Of a DNA stretch of 14,644 nucleotides, positions 7,751-14,644 are shown piece after piece (the first letter of the stretch is position 1; the number at the start of each line of letters is the position of its first letter). The translations under genes were made by a program, and so were the position numbers. The notes beneath the pieces were generated by a model. That model made no database searches and had not been told where the DNA came from. It saw only the letters and a program-made list of their open reading frames with translations. Origin of the DNA: Candidatus Jordarchaeia archaeon (GTDB lineage Archaea; Asgardarchaeota; Jordiarchaeia; Jordiarchaeales; Jordiarchaeaceae); the NCBI GenBank assembly GCA_029856435.1, contig JAHQXB010000159.1, positions 1 through 14,644 of the forward strand. The letters run 5' to 3'.

Positions 7751-7851
7751 CAATGTGAAAGGAAGACACTACACATCCACTCCTTTCTTTTTTTATTTCA
7801 AAGTTTTAGCGGAGCTAACAAAGAGAAGAGCCTTATGGGTGAGAGTTCGAC

Positions 7852-9789
7852 ATGGCTTTAGAAGTGGAGGTAACTTTTCAGCCTGAGGGTAAACGTGTAA
7901 GGGTTAAACTTGGCGAAACGTTATTAGAGGCAGCCAAACATGTGGGCGCTGATTTAACCTCGATTTGTGGAGGTGAGCGTACCTGTGGAAAATGTAGGGT
8001 CATAGTTGAGAGGGAGAGGGAAAACGCTGGCTCCATAATGGATGTGGAGAGGAAATTTTTATCCTCAGAAGAGATAGCCGCAGGTTATAGATTGGCTTGC
8101 TGCACACAACTCAGGGGTAACCTCACGGTTAGAATACCGGAGGAAAGTAGGACTGGTCGCCAAAGGCTTCAAGTTGAAGGAATAGAAACTCCAGTGAAGC
8201 TAGAACCCCTCATAAACAAATACTTTCTTAGATTGTCGAAACCATCCCTTCAGGATCCTAAAGCTGACTTTGAAAAACTGTTGGAGGAATTACAGTCTCA
8301 ATATGGTCTTAATGATTTGGAAATAAGTTTCGATGTTCTTCGAAGGCTGCCAATTATTTTAAGAGACGGTGAATGGAAGGTAACAGTTACCACCTGGAGG
8401 AACGATACCATAATTGGTGTAGAGCCCGGGGATACGACACGTAGAATCTTTGGTTACGCTGTGGACATTGGAACCACGAAACTCGCTGGTTATCTCCTTG
8501 ACCTAACTACGGGAAAGGTGGTTGCAGTGGATTCATTGATGAATCCGCAGATACCATACGGAGAAGATGTCATAACAAGAATTACTTATGCTACGAAGGG
8601 AGTTAAGGAGCAAAAGGATCTTCAACAAGTAATTGTCAATGGTGTAAACCAGCTCCTTAAAGGGCTCTTGGAAAAGACAGATGTCAATCCAGAAGAGGTT
8701 TACGAAGTGGTTGCGGTGGGCAACACTGCCATGCATCACCTCTTTCTAAACATTTGCCCCAAATTTTTAGCCTTGTCACCGTACCCTCCTGCCATTAAAA
8801 GGGGATTAGATGTTAACGCAGAAAAAATTGGGATACAAATTAATCCGAACGGTAACGTTCATGTTCTTCCCGTGATAGCGGGGTTTGTGGGAGCGGACGC
8901 TGTTGCGGTAATTTTGGCGACCGAGATGTACAAAAGAGACGAACTTTGCATGGCGTTAGACATTGGGACAAATACAGAAGTCTTTTTGGGAAACAAAGAT
9001 GGGATATTTGCGTGTTCCTGTGCTTCAGGCCCTGCTCTTGAGGGGGCTCGCATAAAGTATGGGATGAGGGCTGCGAGTGGCGCAATTGAGAGGGTGAAAA
9101 TAGATCTCAATACTCTTGATGTTAATTATTGGACTATAGATAATGATAAGCCTCACGGGATTTGCGGCTCGGCTATGGTAGACATTTTAGCAGAGATGTT
9201 GAAGGCCGGAATAATAGATGTTTCTGGGGTTATGAATAGAGACTTGGCCTCAGATAGGTTGCGTTCTGGAAAAGCGGGGCTTGAGTTTGTGTTAGTTTGG
9301 AGGGAAGAAGCCGCTACAAAGGAGGACATAGTTTTCACCCAGAACGACATTAAGGAGATTATTTTGGCAAAATCAGCTATACACACGGGAACCATGACGC
9401 TCATGAGAAAGAAGGGCATAGTTGAGGCGGACATAGATATACTCTTCATTGCCGGGGCCTTCGGCTCCTATATAGACCCGGAAAACGCGAGAATAATAGG
9501 TATGTATCCCGAGGTACCACTGGAAAAGGTGAAGATAGTAGGTAATGCTGCGGGAACTGGGGCAAGAATGGCCCTAGTTTCCAGTGCAGCCAGAAACACC
9601 ACTGAAGAAATATCGAAAAAGGTAAAGTATGTGGAGCTCGCGGCAGAACCCAACTTTCAATCAGAGTTCCTTAACTCGTATTTCTTACCTTACGCAGACC
9701 TATCGAGGTATCCACAAACCAGCGAGCTACTAAAAAAATTGGGTAGGTACCCAAAAAGGCCTCCAGTATATTTTCCAAGTAAAACCTAG
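7852..9789 (+). CDS. ASKHA-domain reductive activator of corrinoid proteins (DUF4445/RACo type) with N-terminal [2Fe-2S] ferredoxin
   Basis: CGGERTCGKC...RLACC 2Fe-2S motif, AVDIGTT, NPQIPYGEDVITR, GFVGAD, DIGTNTE, SCASGPALEG, GICGS, AGAFGSY and GNAAGTGA. Confidence 0.93.
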   Translation: MALEVEVTFQPEGKRVRVKLGETLLEAAKHVGADLTSICGGERTCGKCRVIVERERENAGSIMDVERKFLSSEEIAAGYRLACCTQLRGNLTVRIPEESRTGRQRLQVEGIETPVKLEPLINKYFLRLSKPSLQDPKADFEKLLEELQSQYGLNDLEISFDVLRRLPIILRDGEWKVTVTTWRNDTIIGVEPGDTTRRIFGYAVDIGTTKLAGYLLDLTTGKVVAVDSLMNPQIPYGEDVITRITYATKGVKEQKDLQQVIVNGVNQLLKGLLEKTDVNPEEVYEVVAVGNTAMHHLFLNICPKFLALSPYPPAIKRGLDVNAEKIGIQINPNGNVHVLPVIAGFVGADAVAVILATEMYKRDELCMALDIGTNTEVFLGNKDGIFACSCASGPALEGARIKYGMRAASGAIERVKIDLNTLDVNYWTIDNDKPHGICGSAMVDILAEMLKAGIIDVSGVMNRDLASDRLRSGKAGLEFVLVWREEAATKEDIVFTQNDIKEIILAKSAIHTGTMTLMRKKGIVEADIDILFIAGAFGSYIDPENARIIGMYPEVPLEKVKIVGNAAGTGARMALVSSAARNTTEEISKKVKYVELAAEPNFQSEFLNSYFLPYADLSRYPQTSELLKKLGRYPKRPPVYFPSKT

Positions 9790-9920
9790 TTTACGTTGAT
9801 TAATGTTACTTAATTAGTGATTTGAAGCAGGATAAGAAAAATGATTGAAAAATGCTTGAGTGAAAAATCGACACATTGTTGTCTGATGATGGTTAAATTG
9901 TCAGTTATGTGTTAAGGGTG

Positions 9921-10841
9921 ATGAGTTTGTTCAAATTTGAGAGAGAACAAAAAATTTTTGATGTGGCCGGCGTCAAAATTGGAGGACAGCCGGGGCAGCT
10001 TCCCACTGTAATGATTGGAACCATTTTCTATCATAAGGATAAAATTGTGAAAGACGAAAGGACAGGAGAGTTTGACAGGGAGAGCGCTGAAAAAATTCTA
10101 ATGGCTGAAGAGGAAATATCTTCCAAAACTGGTAATCCCAGAATAGTTGATGTTTGCTCTTCGTGGCCTCAGGCCTTTGAGAAATTCATTGACTTCGTGG
10201 CTGATACCATTGATGGACCGTTTTGCATTGATGGAACAACTGCTGATGTTAGGATGGCTGGAGCTAAATATGTTGGGGAAACCGGCTTGTCGGAACGCGT
10301 TATTTATAATTCGATAGCTCCAGAAATTAAGGAGGCGGAGATTTCAGCGATTAAAGAGGCGAAGATAAAAACTGCAATCCTACTGCTGCTTAACACAGAA
10401 AAGCCGCTTATCGCCGGGAGGTTAGAGGTAATTGACAAATTACTGGAGAAGGCAAGAATGGCAGGCGTAGAGAACATACTCATAGACACAGCGGTATTCG
10501 ACATACAGGACCCTGGACCCACGGGCAAAACCATTTATTTAGTTAAGGACAGGTATGGTTACCCAGCGGGATGCGGAGCCCATAACGCCATAGACATTTG
10601 GCACAAACGCAGAAAACTAAGCCCAGAAACATATTTTGCCAGCAGTCTAGTCGCCAACATTTTACCCGTAGTAATGGGAGCCAATTTCATGTTATACGGC
10701 CCCATCAAGAACGCAAACAAAATATATGTTCCAGTTGCAGTTACAGACGCATACATAGCCTACACCATGTGGCAAGAATACAATTACATGCCCTTAGCAA
10801 AAAGTCACCCCTTCTTTAATCTAAGTAAAATAGCTACCTAA
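9921..10841 (+). CDS. mtrH: MtrH-family methylcorrinoid:tetrahydromethanopterin/tetrahydrofolate methyltransferase (stand-alone MtrH/MtgA-like)
   Basis: FKFEREQKIFDVAGVKIGGQPGQLPTVMIGTIFY, KTGNP, IDGTTADVR, IYNSI, GCGAHNA and GANFMLYGPI. The track start is GTG 9909; ATG 9921 after AGGGTG is the more likely start. Confidence 0.9.
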   Translation: MSLFKFEREQKIFDVAGVKIGGQPGQLPTVMIGTIFYHKDKIVKDERTGEFDRESAEKILMAEEEISSKTGNPRIVDVCSSWPQAFEKFIDFVADTIDGPFCIDGTTADVRMAGAKYVGETGLSERVIYNSIAPEIKEAEISAIKEAKIKTAILLLLNTEKPLIAGRLEVIDKLLEKARMAGVENILIDTAVFDIQDPGPTGKTIYLVKDRYGYPAGCGAHNAIDIWHKRRKLSPETYFASSLVANILPVVMGANFMLYGPIKNANKIYVPVAVTDAYIAYTMWQEYNYMPLAKSHPFFNLSKIAT

Positions 10842-10999
10842 ACTACCCAGTTAAAGTTTATACCCAAAAGAAAAAGGAGCACTATCAGCACACTTATCCC
10901 CCATTTGAGAGACATGCTAATAACGAAACTGTCGATCCTTCAGAAAACCAAAAATTTATCCTCCCTAAGTTGTTCTTCCTCTATTTTTTTCTTAACCAC
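10838..10999 (-). pseudogene. Possible small single-pass membrane protein gene interrupted by TGA
   Basis: GTG 10999 MVKKKIEEEQLREDKFLVF, TGA at 10942-10940, then RIDSFVISMSLKWGISVLIVLLFLLGINFNWVV* in the same frame. Charged N-terminus followed by a hydrophobic helix. Confidence 0.35.
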
Positions 11000-11245
11000 C
11001 TATCATATTGATGTCACACAAGAACGAAGGATTAATTTTATGGGGGGTAGTAAAGTTTTTCTTGCGTTTCTGGGCGGTAACTAAGGCAGCAAAAAAAGTA
11101 AGGACTCTACAATTTAATAATTATCAACATGTTTGACGACCAGTTCTGGGCTTATTTTTTATTTAATCCTAGAATATGAATGCAGAGGGGGGATAATCCA
11201 CATTGCTGTCTGAGGGAAATAAGTTTGACGATTTGGGCCTTTTGT

Positions 11246-11653
11246 TCAAAGTTTTTGGGGCGGTATTCTTTCTATTTCTTTGACTTCGTAGATGGGGTCT
11301 TTGATATTATTTTTTATCGTTTAGCAGGGCTGTTGATGCGTAGAGGGAGTCGAAATATGTTAGTCCAGCTATTTTGCCGCGTAGCTCTGAAGCCTTGAGT
11401 ATAATCTCTGAGGTTGATGTTTTCTCATCTAGGTTGGGTATCTTCCAAGGGCTGCGATTTCTGCTCTTATATAACTTTCACGTATCCTTTTGATTTGTGG
11501 ATGAGCTCATATTCCAGGTAAGCCGATGTTGTGACTGCAAAGTTTTTTTTATCCTTTTTCCTTAATTTTTAGAAATAGGGTGTCAGCCACGTTGTGGAGA
11601 TTATCCGAAGAGTTTACTAACACTATTAGTAGGTCAACCTCTATTATTGGCAT
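11246..11653 (-). pseudogene. vapC: VapC/PIN-domain toxin pseudogene with multiple frameshifts
   Basis: Minus-strand fragments in different frames: MPIIEVDLLIVLVNSSDNLHNVADTLF, AVTTSAYLEYELIHKSKG, IPNLDE...SEIILKASELR..IAGLTYFDSLYASTALLND, and KDPIYEVKEIERIPPQKL*. These cover the PIN acidic motifs. It lies 23 bp downstream of an AbrB-type gene. Confidence 0.85.
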
Positions 11654-11676
11654 GTTTCCCATACCCTGCTTCTCAT

Positions 11677-11910
11677 TCAATTATTGAGCCCGCTTGCTAG
11701 ATGCTCAACATTTTCATATGTGGTGTTTGGATCTCCTCTCTTTCCTTTGAGAAAGATGTAGAGGCCTTGCAGTACTCGGATTTGGATTAGACCCTCCTCC
11801 TTTTTGATGACTTGCCATTCGAGTTTGTCCCCGGTTTTAATTCTCCTAAGCTGTCTCATTTTGCTGGGAACCGTCGCCAGACCTTTTTTGCTAACCGTCC
11901 TAGTCTCCAC
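11677..11910 (-). CDS. AbrB/MazE/SpoVT-family DNA-binding protein (VapB-like antitoxin)
   Basis: METRTVSKKGLATVPSKMRQLRRIKTGDKLEW matches the AbrB pattern (S/T-x-K-G-x-x-T-I/V-P...R...I..GD.L). GGAGGT RBS precedes GTG 11910. Confidence 0.8.
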   Translation of the reverse strand: METRTVSKKGLATVPSKMRQLRRIKTGDKLEWQVIKKEEGLIQIRVLQGLYIFLKGKRGDPNTTYENVEHLASGLNN

Positions 11911-12193
11911 TAATAAATACCTCCATCTCTAAGAAAAGAAAAAAATAAGTATAATGTAACTTCTAGCAAAAAGTTTGTCTCACAATTTTCAGAGTTGCCC
12001 TGTTTCTCTATAGACTTTCCATTTAATTTTTTCCTTTTCGCTTCCAGAAAGTATGGTTTTTCCGCCTTTTTTGGGAAAAGAAGCCTTAAATAACCCCGGT
12101 CAAGGATAGGTTTAGGAAAAAATTAATGAGAAACTCTATAGCAATGTGATAAGAATTAGCTTTTTGGGTGAGGAATTATTTCTGGTGGTATTT

Positions 12194-12520
12194 TTACATG
12201 AACAGTATTAGCGTGGTGATTGTGGCTTGTTGTTGGGCTAGATATTGGTAAATCAGGTAGTAAAGGTAAAGTCCCAGATACTGGGTTACTCTCCCCATGA
12301 TTTCTGCGATGACTGGGAGAAACCATTCCCATCTAACGGATATCCCGATAACAAAGAGGCATACAATTAGGGATATGGCGGGTCCTATGCGGTGCCAAGA
12401 AGTTATCAGTTTTAATAGGTTCCAGACGAAAAGGACTAGTCCAACCACGAAGAGAAAACCGAAGAATAGATTTAATATATCGTGCATTAGAGGGTTGAAA
12501 AGTAGCCAGTATACATCCAT
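12194..12520 (-). CDS. Small multi-pass membrane protein, about 108 aa
   Basis: ATG 12520 (MDVYW) follows GGAG/GAGG. It has 3-4 hydrophobic segments. The track start is GTG 12568. Confidence 0.7.
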   Translation of the reverse strand: MDVYWLLFNPLMHDILNLFFGFLFVVGLVLFVWNLLKLITSWHRIGPAISLIVCLFVIGISVRWEWFLPVIAEIMGRVTQYLGLYLYYLIYQYLAQQQATITTLILFM

Positions 12521-12816
12521 ATCTGAGACCTCTTCTCCTAATTTCAAGTAGGGGTATATAAGCTCCACGAAAACAAGCTTAATAACAGTGAAGAGAAGTA
12601 ATACCTGAATGCTACCCTTTATGAGAATGTTGTCGGTTCACCTATGAGAATAGAAGCTTAAATGCTTATTACAATTCTATGTATATTTTTGTCAGTTTTG
12701 CGATTCATCGAAATGATTTTAACTTGTTTTTATCTTATACATTACTCATATTAAACGTAGGAGCAGCACTTTTCACCTACTGTTTCTTATCATCAGTTGT
12801 TTGAAGGCTTAATGGG

Positions 12817-13992
12817 ATGTGTCCTGAGAAATTTTGGAAACGCGAAGATGGAAAAGATGGTTGGAAAGATGATGAGATGGCCGACTTACATTGGCACATT
12901 GATACTCCGGAATACGTCATTAGGGGGGCGGTGATGGCAAGCATTCCTCAGGGGATTCTTCCGCCCAGTGTGTTCGTTTTTGCGACCTGGACTAATAGCG
13001 GAGTGAACTTTTCATACTTTGTTTCGCCAGAAAGAGATTTAGACTTGGAGTATGCTAGGAGGAATGGGGTCTCAGTGGGTGTTCGTGGAACCGTGACTGG
13101 CGGCTGCTCTTGGACGGATAAGGGAAGTCCGGGTAACGCGGTGGGATTTAGTAGAAACCATCCTAAGTGTCCCTCCACCCTAAGTGATCTTTATAGAATT
13201 GTTTTTACAGCTTATGCGGATGCCATCAGTGAAGAATATAGTGTTAAAACCAGGTTTAGACCCATAAATGACATTGAAGTTCTTTGTGATGATAGTGTTT
13301 GGAGGAAGTTTGGTTTGGCGGGTGGATTGGAGTCCTCAAGTTTTCTAGCTGTTGGAAACTCTGTACAATTAACTGAGGTTCCCTGGGACCTAGTGGACAA
13401 GGTTATTATTCCGCCTCCCGAAAAGTTTGCGGACAAGGAAACTAAAACCCTCAGAGACCGGTCAACCTTCTTCAACAAGGTTGTTGGAAGAGAGGTGTCC
13501 TTTGAAGAGCTAGAGATGGTTTTAAAGAGGGGAGTAGAAAAGGCCTTCAATGTCACATTTGTCCCAACCAAAATTTATTGGGAGGACATCCCGTTTTACA
13601 ACAGTATAAAGAAGCTGCTCACTTCCGAGGACTGGTTTTACGCCCGAACGGAAAGAAAAAAGTTCCAGAACACACCCATAACCCCAGACGTGAAAAGGGG
13701 AGAGGCACTGGATAAGAGTCCTCAGGGACCACTGGTAAGAGTAACTGTACTAGTGAAGAACGAAAAGATATACAATATTTTAATCACTGGCTCAATACAT
13801 GCAGCCCCCATAATTCCAGAATCCCCAATAGACACCATGGAAAGAGAACTACAAGGAACAGCGGCAGAAAAAAATGCAGTTAGAGAAAAAGTGGAAAAAA
13901 TATTCAACACGGAATCCTACCAGATAATGAATATCACACCAGAAAAATTCACAGAAATCATAATGAAAGCAATCAAAGCAGCGACACCATAA
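12817..13992 (+). CDS. lplA: Divergent lipoate-protein ligase family protein (BPL/LplA/LipB catalytic domain fused to an LplB-like C-terminal domain)
   Basis: PPSVFVFATW, DLEYARRNGVSV, FRPINDIEV...WRKFG with the conserved Lys, IPPPEKFADK, EDWFY, and C-terminal G.LVRVTV.....I..ILITG...AP. The start codon is uncertain (12817 or 12877). Confidence 0.8.
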   Translation: MCPEKFWKREDGKDGWKDDEMADLHWHIDTPEYVIRGAVMASIPQGILPPSVFVFATWTNSGVNFSYFVSPERDLDLEYARRNGVSVGVRGTVTGGCSWTDKGSPGNAVGFSRNHPKCPSTLSDLYRIVFTAYADAISEEYSVKTRFRPINDIEVLCDDSVWRKFGLAGGLESSSFLAVGNSVQLTEVPWDLVDKVIIPPPEKFADKETKTLRDRSTFFNKVVGREVSFEELEMVLKRGVEKAFNVTFVPTKIYWEDIPFYNSIKKLLTSEDWFYARTERKKFQNTPITPDVKRGEALDKSPQGPLVRVTVLVKNEKIYNILITGSIHAAPIIPESPIDTMERELQGTAAEKNAVREKVEKIFNTESYQIMNITPEKFTEIIMKAIKAATP

Positions 13993-14167
13993 AAAGGGCT
14001 AACTGCAGCATAGAACCGCTGTTCCCTAGGTTAGAGAGCTCAACATTTTAGATGTCAAATTTCACGTTTCAGTTTTTGTGGATTTTCATCCTTTCCGATT
14101 TTACCTATATTGCGTCAAGCCCCTAAATTTGGGCGGGACCGGGTTAATCGACAGTTTATGAATAGTT

Positions 14168-14477
14168 AACTTTAGAAAACTTCACAGTATGCCAATCAGG
14201 AAAATATAGTTCTACATTACCTATAAATCGATTGAGCAAGGCTTAAAACCAGAATTCGTGGAAGCTAAAAACACATCCAAGACATACCCTATATGTGGCG
14301 AAACCAGTAAGCCGATTGGGCATATCTTCAAATGCAAAGGATGCGGCTTCCAAGCGGATAGAAACCTAGCAGCCGCATGGAACATAGCCTCCAACGTGGG
14401 GTGCTTCACCTTTGCTCCCGAAAGCCACCTATGAAGCCTTAAACGCTAAGGTGGAACGAGTGGTTACAAAACATTAA
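14168..14477 (+). mobile_element. tnpB: IS200/IS605-family tnpB 3' remnant (pseudogene)
   Basis: Reads NFRKLHSMPIRKI*FYITYKSIEQG..PEFVEAKNTSKTYPICG...IFKCKGCGFQADRNLAAAWNIA, then after a frameshift WGASPLLPKATYEALNAKVERVVTKH*. This is the TnpB Zn-ribbon and RuvC-III. There is a TAG at 14207-14209, and the first Zn ligand reads Tyr instead of Cys. Confidence 0.88.
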
Positions 14478-14490
14478 CTACTTGACAACG

Positions 14491-14644
14491 TTGACACTCT
14501 CCACGGCTGAAGCCGGGAGACTCCTGCTTCTAAGGTTTTCATCGGCTCTGTGTTCATTGCCCTTTTTAGGCTTCCACCTCACTCCATTCCACCTTAGCGG
14601 GGGCTGTGCCACCAGCCCGTTAACCTCGCCTCCATGGAGGCTAT
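14491..14644 (-). mobile_element. 3' tail and right end of a second IS200/IS605-family (tnpB) element, running off the window edge
   Basis: Minus strand reads ...VNGLVAQPPLRWNGVRWKPKKGNEHRADENLRSRSLPASAVE, resembling archaeal TnpB tails. It is followed by a subterminal hairpin (CTCC-A-CGGCT-GA-AGCCG-GGAG, + strand 14499-14519) and terminal GTCAA at 14495-14491. Confidence 0.65.

Noticed and set aside
9815-9890. C/D-box sRNA between the activator gene and mtrH (ATGATTGA, CTGA, three GAAAAAT)
   Set aside because: Box spacing does not give two 10-12 nt guides, and such short A/T motifs are expected by chance.
9909-10841. Evidence for methanogenesis or the membrane Mtr complex
   Set aside because: Only mtrH is present, with no mtrA-G or mcr. 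Stand-alone MtrH homologs act as soluble MT-II enzymes.
11180-11398. 72-aa plus-strand ORF
   Set aside because: Antisense to the vapC pseudogene.
14221-14409. 62-aa minus-strand ORF
   Set aside because: Antisense to the tnpB remnant.
1-14644. CRISPR array, tRNA, rRNA, integrase or att sites; other short track ORFs nested in long genes
   Set aside because: I saw no regularly spaced 24-47 bp repeats, cloverleaf or rRNA signatures by eye. The nested short ORFs are alternative-frame or antisense artefacts of confidently assigned genes.

Overview
Archaeal DNA: TATA/BRE-like promoters, GGTGA/GGAGG ribosome-binding sites and a stand-alone mtrH. Gene content suggests Bathyarchaeia or a similar anaerobic archaeon (inference). 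The core is a co-oriented four-gene corrinoid methyl-transfer module at 5588-10841: a divergent non-pyrrolysine MttB-superfamily methyltransferase, a corrinoid protein, a [2Fe-2S]-ASKHA reductive activator and an MtrH-family methyltransferase. To its left are an lsrF-like thiolase/aldolase paired with a Zn-dependent dehydrogenase, several small hypothetical genes, a ~235-bp highly structured IS200/IS605 right-end (omegaRNA-like) element with no tnpB, and a decayed UPF0175/PIN toxin-antitoxin pair. To its right are an AbrB-type antitoxin with a frameshifted vapC pseudogene, a small membrane protein, a divergent lipoate-protein-ligase-family gene and two tail-to-tail IS605-family tnpB remnants. 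No CRISPR array, rRNA or tRNA was seen. All family calls come from motif recognition by eye, not database searches.
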